Source of the DNA: Podarcis tiliguerta
Taxonomy: Eukaryota
Strand: one strand, 5' to 3'
Assembly (NCBI GenBank): GCA_965153285.1
Contig: OZ229120.1
DNA: 64,000 nt
The notes under the pieces were generated by a model. The model saw only the letters and a list, made by a program, of their open reading frames with translations, was not told the origin of the DNA and made no database searches. The position numbers and the translations under genes are program-made. Of the stretch, positions 35,868 to 49,285 are shown piece after piece. Position 1 is the stretch's first letter; each line of letters starts with the position of its first letter.

Positions 35868-36988
35868 ACTTTTGTTCATAGGACATATTTAATTCAGGTA
35901 ACTTTTAACCTTCAGCAGAGTGGATACAAGTCATCAACCAGCTTCATTGTCCCACAGCATATTTAACTTTTGAGGGAATACCAAGGGGCTACAACACTGT
36001 GGGACTTTTTTTTTTTTTTTTTGGTTCATGGCTCCATCTATCCTCAGCTTTTTGTTATTTAAATTCTCTCCACATAGGCACACTTACTTTGCCATTAAAG
36101 CTCATCAGACAGATCCAGAGAGCTCTCATTCACTGTCCATTATTTCTATGGATAAGTGGTTAAATTGCAAGCAGGAGGGTTGGCAATACCAAATGAGCCC
36201 AAGATTTGAGAAGGGAGAATGCAAGGTGGTTGAAGTACTTAAATGACAGCAATTAGAACAATAATCAAGGGATGAAATGGGTTTTTTTAGTGCAAACAGA
36301 GACACTAATATGCTTTTCTCCCCCTCTCCAGAGTTGTTTTTTAAAAAGAAAAATACAAAAATACAAAGGATAAAATGAACACCTGCTGAATGCTTTCATC
36401 TCAGATTGACTTTAATGAGAGTTGTAAGCACTCAACATCTCTCTCTGATTGGCCGAAGGAAACCATAAACACTTTAATTTTGATCCCATGACATCCTTGC
36501 ATCTTCACATCTCAGCAAGAAGGACGGTTGATTACTGCTGCATAAAACATTTAGGGCTTAAAGACAGCATTTTGGGCGGAAAACAACATTTTAGAAAGTT
36601 ACTACATTTCCCTGTTTTGTATTTGTTATCATCTCTGGAAACAATCCCTTTCTTTCCTGATTAGTTTACTGAAGCTCACCATAAAAAGTAATAATTATCC
36701 TCGAAGGCAACATTTTTTTTTAAAAAAAGAATTGGTTCAAGTTATAGCTTATGATAGACATAAGCAAAGCATTACACCGTTTCACTATTCATAACAATTA
36801 AAGGCGAGAGACAGATGATGTTCTCCTGTAGAGATACACAGATACATACATATATATCTTTCCTTCTGTGCCTCTAACAGCTTCACAGTAGGCAGAAATC
36901 ACACAGGTGAATCTTTGCCCATCATTGTATTGCCACTTGGGGGCCTGGCGCATTTATTGAATTTCCAGCTATTACTCATGCAACATAT

Positions 36989-36990
<2 letters not shown>

Positions 36991-37057
<67 letters not shown>
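36991..37057. repeat. Compound (TG)n(AG)n microsatellite
   Basis: Direct. Confidence 0.98.
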
Positions 37058-37061
<4 letters not shown>

Positions 37062-38211
37062 TGGATGATAATATGTGTAATGCATTGCAATAAAAAATGT
37101 TTTGGGAGTTTCATCTGGTCAATATAATTCTGAAGCATATGAATATAAAAACTGGATGTGTCTGTAAAGGAAAGAGACACTGAGTTCTGTGTACAACAGA
37201 TACACTCTCACCATTACAATCTGGGACCAAAAGAGATGGGATACAGTTAAATGAAACACAGAACCCACTGGGCAATCTCATTCCAGCTGTTTAATGCGTG
37301 CTGGCCACAATGTTTCTAATACCTTCTGGCACTTGCAAAACTTCACATGGTCTATGAGCATGACACGTCATCAGAATGAAAAGGACACATCATAGAACAA
37401 TGGCGGCAAAGAGGCCCAGATCACTCAAACATCCTATTAGCTGTAACCTCGCCATGGGACAGGTGCAGAGCTGCCAAGAAAATTGCTTGAGCCATCAGGT
37501 GAGATGCTAGATGCTGCTACTGCGAAAGGAAGAAAATATGTCATCCGCCACTCTTGAGTTCGGTGATAGTTACTGCCTTGGGAGAAGGAAAATTATGAAC
37601 AATACAATAAGGAGGATTTGTGGCACCATCACTGAAAGATGCACCTGGTGTATGGGATTTGGTACATGTAGCTTCTTCACCATTCTTTTAAAATAATGTT
37701 TGTGCCTCATTGTCATGTTTGTAGGAGGCTTCCTGCTGCAAAAAGAGAGAGGGATAAAATAAATAGAAGCTTCTCTATTTTCTCAACTAAATCACTCTAC
37801 TTTTATAAATGCCCTTAATAGGTTCCCAGCATGAGGCTGTTGCCAGCATTCACTGTTTGGTGCAATCAAAGCTGTCAATGGTGTGAAGAGCTGGTTACTT
37901 TGCTGGCCACTTTTTGAAACAAAATATGAACAGCTGCCCTTATGGATTTCTGTTGAAGATCTGAAGGAAATAGCTTCAGGCCACTGTTTCCTCTGCTTGC
38001 ACGCAATCAGCAAAGCAGTGTTGGGATTTAAAGACACATGGTTGAACTGGAGTGTGTAGTTGTACCTTCAAACCACAATAGGGTAGCAATTTCTAAACAG
38101 CAACTTATTTATCTGTTTACCTAGTTTGCATGCTGCCCAATTAACGGTGTCCTCTGGGTCAGCTGACCATAAAAGGTCTTTTTTTAAAATCATAAAACCA
38201 ATCAATGAGAA

Positions 38212-38497
38212 TGAAATATACTCGGAGTCAAGAGTGGATTTCATGCTCTTTATTCAGCTCATAGTGGTGAGGAGGAATGGAAGTTCCCCCACAATATCTG
38301 CTTTATATACATTATTTACACAATGGGCTGCACGTGATTGGCTAATTCCGGGATTCTCCTGTAAGCCAATCAGGTTGTGGATTCACTTCCACCTGGAGCT
38401 GGATTGGGTGGCTCCTGAGGACCAATCATACTGCTGCATTGTTCTAGGACCAATCAGACTGCTGCATTTTGGATCCTATTCAACTCAGTACATAACA
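38212..38497 (-). mobile_element. Solo LTR (286 bp), related to 17374-17666
   Basis: TG...CA termini and 5-bp TSD GAGAA (38207-38211 / 38498-38502). Shares terminal TCAGTACATAACA with the other LTR. Minus-strand TATATAAA then AATAAA, plus multiple CCAAT boxes. Confidence 0.88.
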
Positions 38498-38939
38498 GAG
38501 AACCATAATAATCAAACAGCGGGAAAAACCCCAACTGCAGCACAAAACTAACTCAATAAATAAAAACAGCAATGACATTAATACTGCAGTGCGATCAATA
38601 CTGAATATTTTAAACCAATCTTAATATACCTGGAAGAACACTAACGTCTCCACCTGATGCTAAAAGACCACAACATAGATGCCAGGTGAGCATACCTTGG
38701 GAGCATACCAACTGGGGCACCAACAACAAAAAGGCCCTTTCTCTGGCAACCACTGACCATACCTCATTTGGGGCCACTGAAGAAGATCTTGGAATCTGAT
38801 TAGCAAGCCTCCTCTATAGACACATGCCTTCACATATACACATACCAGGAATCTCATGAATTAGGATCTTTTGGCATTAGCAATAGTGCGTCTTGGCAGA
38901 TTTGCCCAGTAATTTATAAAGGTATGTATAAAGGTCTTA

Positions 38940-39200
38940 TCCTGCAAACCTAGCATTTCGAAAGCACATCAAAGTGCAAGTAGATAAATAGGTACCACTC
39001 CAGCGGGAAGGTAAATTGTGTTTCCATTGCTGCTCTGGTTCGCCAGAAGCCACCTTGTCATGCTGGCCACATGACCCAGAAGCTTTCTGTGGACAAATGC
39101 TGGCTCCCTCGGCCTGTAAAGTGAGATGAGCACTGCAACCCTAGAGTCGTCTGCGACTGGACTTAACGGTCAGGGGTCCCTTTACCTTTACCTTTACCTT
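38940..39200 (+). mobile_element. 5'-truncated Sauria SINE (B/C intermediate)
   Basis: Lacks the tRNA head, (ACCTTT)n tail intact. 13-bp TSD TATAAAGGTCTTA (38927-38939 / 39201-39213). Confidence 0.93.
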
Positions 39201-39406
39201 TATAAAGGTCTTAAATACTGGGATGTTTATTGAGAGCACAGGCAGAATCAAAATGTGTGCTTTCGCATTCTTGTTTAACTTTTCAATGTTTTCAACTTTT
39301 CAATGAGGAAAGCGCAGTAGCAATATGCATATATTTCTGAGGTTTGAGGAGATTAGTGAAATAATCATAACTACAGCTAAGTAACACACACACACGCAAG
39401 AAGGTA

Positions 39407-39648
39407 CAGTGGTACCTCGGGTTAAATACTTAATTCGTTCCAGAGGTCCGTTCTTAACCTGAAACTGTTCTTAACCTGAAGCACCACTTTAGCTAATGGG
39501 GCCTCCTGCTGCCACTGCGCCGCCGGAGGACGATTTCTGTTCTCATCCTGAAGCAAAGTTCTTAACCTGAAGCACTATTTCTGGGTTAGCGGAGTCTGTA
39601 ACCTGAAGCGTATGTAACCTGAAGCATATTTAACCTGAGGTACCACTG
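39407..39648. mobile_element. Tigger/pogo-like MITE
   Basis: Perfect TIR CAGTGGTACCTC / GAGGTACCACTG and TA TSD. Same family as 11989-12207. Confidence 0.93.
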
Positions 39649-39699
39649 TACTAGCACACAAGGAATACTGTAAAAGGAGGGGGTTGCTTTCAGCGCAAG

Positions 39700-39742
<43 letters not shown>

Positions 39743-39767
39743 CTCAGGTTTCAGACTCGGTCCCAAC

Positions 39768-39954
39768 TATAGGAGCCAACTTCTAGGGGCTGAGGACCCT
39801 TCAGTCCCCCCATAAAATATCTGAGGGGGCCAGGCCCTCTCAAAGTTGATGGGCATTGCCATTCAAATGGTGTGTGTGCACTGTTTATTGTGATCAATTC
39901 TACCAGGTGGGGCATATTTGCCCCCCTCATATTTTATTCAAGTTGGCACCCATG
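39768..39954. mobile_element. hAT-type MITE
   Basis: Imperfect TIRs TATAGGAGCCAACTT / AAGTTGGCACCCATG. TSD not resolved. Confidence 0.6.
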
Positions 39955-40748
39955 AACAATTGCCAAACAGGGGGAAACAAAACAAAACTGATGCTTGCAA
40001 TATGATACAGTGAATTTGAGGACCAATTATGACACTTACTTGCACAGATATATGCATATATATTTAACGATGTTTTATTGATGTGTTGTTGATATGAATT
40101 GTTAATCATGGCAGAGGGAGAGTCCCTTTTCTCTGCCATTTAGCCTTGCACTGAGCATGCTGTGCCTTGACTGGCATTTTAAAGGGCAGTCAGTACATGA
40201 TGAAACCTAGCAGACTAACCTCATTTCATTTCACATTCTGCTCTCCATTCTCGCTTGGAAGTTCTTGTAAATCTTTTTAAGTAGACAATTCTGGGAATAT
40301 TAAAAGTGCCTTGTTATGTCCTCCTTAAAAGGCGTTGATGAATTGGCTGGCTGTGAATAAAGATAAAGTGATGCTAGTATTAGAAGGGTTGTCATCATGG
40401 CATCAAATTTACCACCATCAGTAACTAACTATCACATGCAATAAGCATCTTAATTCCTAGAAACCTAGAGCTACCAGAAGGCAGGCAGTGTCTAGGAATA
40501 TGAAGCTAGAAATATTGGACTATGGTGGGAGTCTGTACTCTCATGTATGTCAGACACCAGACGCTTACCTAGGGTTGTGTTAAGCTATTATTTCCCACTA
40601 GGACTTTCCCCCTCTCCTCCTCCCATGTGTGCCCCATGCCCTCCCCAAAGCTGTTTCACAGGACAAGAGGACCTCCCCCATACAGATTTAAGCTGCTTGC
40701 AGGGGGAAAGAAGGGGATAAACTATTGCACAGATGGAAGGCTTACTTA

Positions 40749-41103
40749 AGGTAAAGGTAAAGGGACCCCTGACCATTAGGTCCAGTCATGACCAACTCTG
40801 GGGTTGCAGCGCTCATCTCGCTTTATTGGCCCAGGGAGCTGGCGTACAGCTTCCGGGTCATGTGGCCAACATGACTAAGCCGCTTCTGGCAAACCAGAGC
40901 AGCACACGGAAATGCCATTTACCTTCACACTGGAGCAGTACCAATTTATCTACTTGCATTTTGAAGTGTTTTCGCACTGCTGGGTTGGCAGGAGCAGGGA
41001 CCGAGCAACAGGAGCTCACCCCGTAGCAGGGATTTGAACCACCAACCTTCTGATCGGCAAGTCCTAGGCTCTGTGGTTTAACCCACAGCCCCACCCACAT
41101 TCC
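40749..41103 (-). mobile_element. Sauria SINE (subfamily C)
   Basis: Full length, 12-bp TSD AAGGCTTACTTA (40737-40748 / 41104-41115). Confidence 0.95.
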
Positions 41104-41331
41104 AAGGCTTACTTAGCTTCACCCAAAATTTTCTGCATTGCAAATCCATAACATAATGGTGAACCTGTCATTCTGTATCTCTGCTATACATTGCTTCAGC
41201 TGTTAATGCTGTATCACAACAAAATAATTCTAAATCAGAACTAGTCAACATGGTGTCCTCCAGTCTCAGCCAGCATAGTCAGGTATCATCATTGACAACA
41301 ACATTTCCAATACTCTAAAACATTTCCCCTT

Positions 41332-41708
41332 GGTAAAATGACCCCTGGACGGTTATGCCCAGTCAAAGGCTACTATGGGGCTGTGGCGCTCCTCTCGCTT
41401 TTCAGGTCGAGGGAGCTGGCGTTTGTCCACAGACAGCTTTCTGGGTCACGTGGCCAGCATGACTAAAACACTTCTGGAGCAATGGAACACCATGACAGAA
41501 ACTAGAGTGCACGGAAATGCTGTTGACCTTCCCTCCACAGTGGTACCTATTTATCTACTTGCACTGGCATGCTTTCAAACTGCTAGGTCAGCAAGAGCTG
41601 GGACAGAGCAACGGGAGCTCACCCTGTTGTGGGGATTCAAACTGCCAACCTTCTGACTGGCAAGCCCAAGAGGCTCAGTGGTTTAGACCACAGCACCACC
41701 CGCATCCC
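41332..41708 (-). mobile_element. Sauria SINE (subfamily B)
   Basis: Full length, aligns with 30236-30612. Confidence 0.93.
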
Positions 41709-44016
41709 CTTGGATACAACCTTAAAAAAGCCCATGAGAAGCCAAGATCTCACATGCTGTAGCAGCAGATTTCTTGCATCGGCAGGACTTTCGACTGGAT
41801 GACCTTTGGTTACCCTCCAATTCTTTGTCATGGCAACAACTGCAGACAGCTGGGATCTGCTGCAGTTGCCCAAAGGGCAAGTTAGACAGGATGATGAACT
41901 CTTTCCTTCCTATACTTCCCCCTTCCATTTCCCCCCCTAACTGGAGGGAGGTGATCACTGCAACATGTTATGCATGTACTGTGCTGGCTCTTCAAAGTAT
42001 GCATAAGCCTAGCAGAGACACTTGGCCTTGATGGTCTTGATGTTGAAGGATGCTTGCAGCCTAGTCCCCTGTATTTTAACCTAAGCCTAGCATTTTGTTT
42101 ATAAACAATTATGTATATGCTTTTGGTGTGTTTCTTTGCCAAGTTCCCAGATAAAATCGCTGGAGAGGTAGCAGCATCTGAAGGCAGCCCAACTGGGAGG
42201 ACAGGCATGGCAAAAGTGAAAAGAAAGAAAAGATGGAAAGTATTGGCGAGGGAATTGACTCTTCTCTGTATCTGGTCCCACAGAGTTGTGCGTGCTGCTT
42301 TTTGATAATGTTTCAAACAACAGAAGGACAGCTCTATTCAGAGCGAAGGTCAGCAGACTCTAAGATTATGTACATCAATTCCACTTAATTAGCTTCTTAT
42401 GTGTTTCACATTTCCAATACATTAACTAATTAGCCGCTCTTCCAAACCATTATTTTTATATCCTCATGAGTGAGCTGACTAGCTCAGCGTCCCTTTGCAT
42501 TTCCCATCTCGTTTCATGCAGTAACTCACTTTTGAGGCCCAACTCCCTCGTGACATGCGATAACTCTCCTTATAGCATTGTGCAATAACTCTCCCCTGCC
42601 CCCGTGAGAGGCAATTTAATCTATGCAATTAACTGGAGTTTGTGTAGCTCTCTATCGGAATGACTGCATGCACACGAGTCAATATTTGAATACATCAATG
42701 GGATTTTATGATTCTTGTCGGCCATTTACAACATGCATGATCTTCACATTAAAATAATGGCTCACCCTTTTGTTGGGCAACCAAAAGGAAGATGCTGAGG
42801 AGATAACATCACTGTCCAGCTGCAACCTCTTAAACAAAACCTACAAGGGAGTAAGCCTCATTAAGCACAGCAGGGCTTCCTTCTGAGTAAACATGGATAG
42901 AATTGCAGTGCATGAGACTCCGGCAGGGTCAAACCTAGCTGAAAGAATGAAAATCTACTGGGGACTTACCTAACTGCCATTGTTTATTGTGCCAAAGTCT
43001 CCCGCTTTTCCAGCATTCAAGGGATCAAAGCAACTTAACAGCATGAAATGTAAAAGAAGCAGCTATCAATAAAAGCTAATTAAGCAAGAGAATGGCATGG
43101 ACAACAACAGTGTGACTAATTACTTTAGCCACAGTTGTGTGACAGTCATCTCCCTCCCCCAGGAATGCTATGGAAGGACACTGTCCCCAGAACATTCTGG
43201 AGAACACAAAACAGTGGTCAGAGCAGTTTCCTTCTTGGTATCAGTGGACCTGCCAGGCCAAAGTATTTACCTTATCTATAGTTCTTTGAATACCCGGATG
43301 GACATCATGAAGTCTTTGGGATAGAGAGATGGCCACCCTCCCAAATAGAGGACACCATCGTGAATAATCATGAGGTAAAGGCAAAAAGAGTACAAAATCT
43401 ATGGTTGATTCAAATTATGGGTGCATTTCACCACATGGCTTCCATTCATACTGATTGCATGAAGTATCTTCATTATCCTTTGCTATGGTATATCTCCAGA
43501 CTGTGGCCCATCAGATATTGTTGAACTACAACTTCCATCATCTTTTATCACTGGCCATGCTGGATGGATATTGGAGCTCTGGAAGGCATCGGGTTGCAGA
43601 GGCTGGTATATATGTTTGATGTATGAAATTGCCTTTGCCATACTTTTAGGGAACCTCAGGATACTCTCATATAGCATTTAGAATTAAATTGGGGTGGGCC
43701 CTAGCTGGTGCTCCTTCAGGAAATGTGATTCTATCCAATTCATAGACACTACATTGTAAGAAGATGGCTGAGGCATAAGGCAGAGCAAGAAATTTACTCT
43801 GGATTTGCACCTTCACATTCTAATAATTTTCAAAAGGTCTGCCATTCCTTCTTGGGTTACAATAGGTGCCCACAACATGTCATTTCCGGAAACAACTGAA
43901 GACATTTTTGTTTCGCCAAGCTTTCCCAGCTGTTTAAAAATAGTTTTAGGTCTCTGCCTTGAGTATTCTTTTAAAACGTATCTTTAGTTTATATGGGATG
44001 TGATTCAAGGTAAACT

Positions 44017-44390
44017 AATTGTCTGGCTCTACTTCAGCAAGCAGTTTTCTGTTTCTATCGAACCAGCTTTGCAGAATTTGTGGGTCTCTGTATAAACTGA
44101 ATAGCAACACCATACATGTTTTATATTCCCCGGAGCCTTTATAAACCTACATTGCATTGTTTTTATTGTTTTTAAACCCATTTTTAGTTTTTAATATGGG
44201 ATTTTCAATTGCCTCGAAATTTATATAAAAGGGAAGTCGTGAAATAATTAAATAATAACAATTGCCTGGCTCTACTTCAGGAAAGAGTTTTCTGTTTTTA
44301 CCGAACCAGTTTTGCAGAAGTTGAGGGTCTTTGTATAAATTTAAAAAACAACAATAAACATGCTATATGTTCTCTATGGCTTTTATAAAC
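44017..44390. repeat. Diverged ~130-bp direct duplication
   Basis: 44017-44146 and 44260-44390 align end to end (aattg.ctggctctacttcag...cgaaccag.tttgcagaa...tttataaac), separated by ~113 bp. Confidence 0.9.
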
Positions 44391-45106
44391 TCTTCAAGAG
44401 TGTATAGAGTACAAAGTTACTTGAATTACTCCCTCTTCAACAGTCTTAGCTTGATTTAAGACCTACAGGATAAAGCAGCTGTATGATCTTGAAGCCACCG
44501 CATCTGTTTACTATCCTTATTTATTCTTGTTTGATTCGTCTTCTAAAAAATCACTTCTGAGAAGTTCTGAGCTGTGTAATTCCAATCAAACACTTAACAA
44601 GCCTTGGGGCACTTAATTCTTATGACATACTTTGCCTCCCTTCCCTTTGAAAACATCGTTTTGCCATTGGCTGTTTAGTGGAGGCATTAAATGTTCAACT
44701 CTGTCTTTAAGCAGCAATACATTGGATACCTTTGTTCATTGTCCATAAGGCACATTTATTGATTTGCATTTCTTAATTAAAATAGGAGAGATCTTTCCCA
44801 CCAAACTAGTTTCCTAGCAACATAACTTCATTTCATTAGACTGGTCTGCAATTTCGCCCGGACTGTGTCCTCAAAATGTAAACTAGTTTTTTCCTTCTAT
44901 TAATGTTTTTATATGTAAAGCTCCATTTCCAAATCCCCATTACCTAACTTACATGGTTTGTTTATTTTTAGTGCTGTGACAAAAAGTTATCCCGCATTTT
45001 CCCCATCCATTCTTAATTGATTAATGAGAAAAGAAGTTGCATTCAAAAACAGGAACAGAAAATGTCGGTGAAATTCTGGAGGGTTTTGGTGCTGCTTAAC
45101 TTATTT

Positions 45107-45575
45107 GCCAACAAAGGCCCGTATAGTAAAAGCTATGGTTTTCCCAGTAGTAATGTATGGAAGTGAAAGTTGGACCATAAAGAAGGCTGATCGTCGAAGA
45201 ATTGATGCTTTTGAATTATGGTGCTGGAGGAGACTCTTGAGAGTCCCATGGACTGCAAGAAGATCAAACCTCTCCATTCTGAAGGAAATCAGCCCTGAGT
45301 GCTCACTGGAAGGACAGATCGTGAAGCTGAGGCTCCAATACTTTGGCCACCTCATGAGAAGAGAAGACTCCCTGGAAAAGAACCTGATGTTGGGAAAGAT
45401 GGAGGGCATAGGAGAAGGGGACGACAGAGGGCGAGATGGTTGGACAGTGTTCTCGAAGCTACGAACATGAGTTTGACCAAACTGCAGGAGGCTGTGGAAG
45501 ACAGGAGTGCCTGGTGTGCTCTGGTCCATGGGGTCATGAAGAGTCGGACACGACTAAATGACTAAACAACAACAA
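45107..45575 (+). mobile_element. 5'-truncated BovB (RTE) LINE 3' end
   Basis: ORF PTKARIVKAMVFPVVMYGSESWTIKKADRRRIDAFELWCWRRLLRVPWTARRSN is typical BovB. (CAA)n tail, TSD AACTTATTT (45098-45106 / 45576-45584). Confidence 0.95.
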
Positions 45576-47072
45576 AACTTATTTTTGAGGTGACCAAGGA
45601 GAGTTTGTGAGTCTCCATTTTTGTTGTTGTTGGTCACACTTTTAACATGGGGGGGGGGAGGTGCTGGTACTGCAAACCCTTGAGTACCCCCAGAGAAAAA
45701 GCACTGAATCCTTACTGACCCAGGATTTTTACATACTGGAGCTGACTGAGTTGTCCCACCTTGGATGCAACAAACCCTGTGACCAAACACAGCAGAGGCC
45801 TCAGACATTTCACTTTCTGGTCCAGAGTCTTGACTGTACAAATATGAGATCCGGCGTAAGGCATGCCTGGCAGTGAAAGCAACATCTGCCTCAGAGGTTC
45901 TCTCTGGTTTTATCTTTAAGTAACATATGTTAATTAAGTAGGTCAGACAAATGCATTAAACATGCTCACCAGTTCAGCCTCAAGTGACAAGCAGGCAAAT
46001 CTGTGTAGCAAACCTACTTGCACTGGCTAACAAGAGAGAAGCCGCTGAACTAGAAATAACAGGAGTTCAGAGCAAATTCTTCCCACTGAATGTTGCAGAG
46101 ACGAATGAATATGCAAGCACTTGAAAATCTAGTACCTGCAGGGGACTTCTATTATCACTCACAAAGAGAGGTGTGGGGGGAGCCTTCAGTGCAGTCACTG
46201 CTGAGATACGGAAACTCTAACAGACCATTTACGGCTCTCCGGAGTGTATGCTGGCAGCTTAGCCCCATCTAAACCAGCATTACAGGAAGATGAGCTGTAC
46301 AATGAAGGTCAAGATCTCCTGAAGAGAAAATACATGTTTTGACCTCTGCCTGCCTCACTTTCCACATGTTCCTTGCAAAGGAAATGAATGGCTGATTAGG
46401 AAGTGAAAGGCCATTAAAGATTTCTGTGTCTTTTTATTCCTTTAAATTGTAACTGTGTTTAGGTAGTTGTTTACTCTGTTTCTGGCATAAGAAATTTCCA
46501 CATTATAATTCCACTTTATTCTACTGCATAGCATACTTTCATCTTCTGAGCTTGTGCACTGCAAAGTTTAATTTTTATGCACACAACCTTACACTTTGGC
46601 CTCCTTACTTGGAAACAAGTTTCCATCAAATCAATGGGACGTCTTCCAAAAGAAAGATCTTAAATCCCACTAAAGTTGGGGCCTTTCTGCTGGATATTTA
46701 CTGCTGTCAAACCAACTATTAATGTTTGGCCACAGAGGTACATGAAGGGGCTGAGGATCACAGAGCTGTAAACTTGCTAGAGAGAACTCTGTGACATCAT
46801 TTCCCTTTTATGCCCTGACAGTAAGAGGGTTAACTTAATATATTTTCCATCATGTCTATAACATGAGAGCATCTGTAAGTCTGAGCTCCGTCTCAGACTC
46901 CATTTTCAACCTAGACTTTAGTATACATATGTTAGTAACTCAATTAGCATTTTAACCCTGCCTACATCAATCTGCTGTTATTCTTGAAGACGTAAACTTA
47001 GTGAGTAAATGTTATTCACTCCTAGTGCTCCTAGATGAGAGAAGTCACAGGATCAATCTTCCCTCCAGAAGA

Positions 47073-47149
47073 ACATTTTAATTTTAATTTTACATTTTAA
47101 TTAAGATCCTAGGACATTTTAATTTGACATTTTAATTAAGATCCTAGGA
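47073..47149. repeat. Local tandem duplication (~35 bp unit)
   Basis: ACATTTTAATTAAGATCCTAGGA occurs twice, each preceded by ACATTTTAATTT. Confidence 0.85.
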
Positions 47150-48029
47150 GAACCCAGGAGTCAAGGCACCACCATGGTCTGTATTATAATTATTAAATCC
47201 AGAAATGGGATAAAAAGAGGGGACAAAACACTTGACACTTCAGGAGTCTTTACTTCAAGGAATCTTTAGGGAATGCTTTTCAACTCCATCCTATTCATTG
47301 CTGCTAGGCTCTCTTGCCTGCATTCTTTGAATGTCAGAGTAAGCGCTCCTAAGGCCTGAACTTGCACCTCGACCATTAGCCATGCTGGCTGGGGCTAATG
47401 GGAGTCATAGTCCAAAATGTCTAGGGGCTACACCTCATTTAATGCTTTAATTATATATTGCCTGAATTCTGTGTGAACCACCCGGAGAACTTAGCTGATG
47501 GAGCAATCAGCAGATGTTCTAAATAAATAGAAATACAATAAATATCTTACGTGATTGATGTGAGAATAAGGAGTGAAGCGCTCTCGGCATATTACAAGTG
47601 CAACGGCAATTAGGAATAAAAATAGTGTTATGCAAGCTGAACAGATGCTAACCAACTATTGATAGCATCCCTGTCCTAGAAAACCTGCCCTTTTCTCAAT
47701 GGGGGCAGCATGCCACCCAGACAGAAGGAGACGAGAAAACAAGAGCCATCTTTTCTGAGAATAAATGTGGTTGAGGTTCTAGGCAGGGTTGGTAAAGCTA
47801 ACAGTCATCATTTTAAACTTCTCTTTCTGTGGCTTGAGTGATTTATGTTCTCTGTTTTTCAAGCTCAGGGATGGATAGATTTGAAGCGAGATCCTGGCTA
47901 CATTCACATGGAAGCTTATTCCTTTTTCCTGTTAATTTCCATACTATATTTGAGCTTGTGGGAAAGTTGTGTATAGTAGGAGAGGATATATTGATTAAAT
48001 ATTATCTTTCCTAACTCGTGCTAGTGAGT

Positions 48030-48031
<2 letters not shown>

Positions 48032-48066
<35 letters not shown>
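48032..48066. repeat. (TA)n microsatellite
   Basis: Direct. Confidence 0.98.
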
Positions 48067-48068
<2 letters not shown>

Positions 48069-49045
48069 TCATTCCCCGTTTACATAGCAAGAAGCTATTT
48101 GCAGATTGATTCATTTGAATTGCCCGGATTGGAGTATATTCCTGTGTAAGACCCCTTTGATTCCCTCCTAAAAGAATAAAGACACAAGAGTCTTCCTTAT
48201 AAGTAATGAAAAGTTTACTCACATTCAGTTCACAGTATGATCCCTGAAGGCAGGCTTTAGCTTGTAGTTACAGATACAGCGTGGCTTACATCCTTGTAAG
48301 GATGGGCCCATCTGTTGCTGGCAGGCAACATCAGATGCATCAGGAGCAGTGGCCAAAATGCATCAAGAGAGAGAAATGGCTGCATGACTGGACCTTTTTT
48401 GAGGTCTGTAACGGTCACATCCACCTACCTGGTCACATACAGGGGGAGGATGCTCCAGACCAGGTGTAATAAGAAACTCTACCTTGACTGGAGTCATACC
48501 CCAGCCTGTGTCCACTCTAGGAAAACAAGGAATATTGTATTTGACTGCTCCAGTGGATTACATCCCACAGAGCTTTCATACAGTGTAATGAAATGCAACA
48601 CATGTTTAGCACACATTTCTGTGCCGTTTGATTCCAGAAAATAAAAAGTCTGTTTCCCTCACCCTTCACTCAGAAAATCATGAAAGTAAAGTGACAAAAT
48701 TTGGGGCAATATACCAAAATACAGTTCTTTCCTGCTGTTTTCATTGAGGGGGGATCATGGGAGAACAGAAGCATGTTCTGGGAGAACAAGGTGTGAGGAG
48801 GTAGCGAAGTAGTCCAATGAAATTCACTGTTGTGTCATGCCTCACCCATGGGTGGGAATGAAATTTAGCACAACGTGCCAGTATATTGGTCAAAAAGCCA
48901 CAGTTCCGTAACACAACAGGTACTGCAGTGTCAAACGAGCATTAGAAAATGGGGCAGAAGTACTTGTATTGTACTCAAAAATACTAACGCAATATTCCCC
49001 ACATCTGAATGCTCCCTTGTCTGCCCACAAAATATGCAACTTTTC

Positions 49046-49285
49046 GTAGTGGTTAAGAGCGGTAGTCTTGTAATCTGGGGAACCAGGTTCGCGTCTCCAC
49101 TCCTCCACATGCAGTTGCTGGGTGACCTTGGGCCAGTCACACTTCTCTGAAGTCTCTCAGCCCCACTCACCTCACAGAGTGTCTTTTGTGGGGGAGGAAG
49201 GGAAAGGAGAATGTTAGCCGCTTTGAGACTCCTGAAGGGGAGTGAAAGGCGGGATATCAAATCCAAACTCTTCTTCTGCTTCTTC
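49046..49285 (+). mobile_element. Squam3-type tRNA-derived SINE, slightly 5'-truncated
   Basis: gtagtggttaagagc...ggttcgcgtc head and ...gatatcaaatccaaactc(ttc)n tail. Near-identical to 51169-51424. Confidence 0.85.

Noticed and set aside
17374-38497. The two LTRs as ends of one 21-kb provirus
   Set aside because: Their interiors differ and each has its own distinct TSD.
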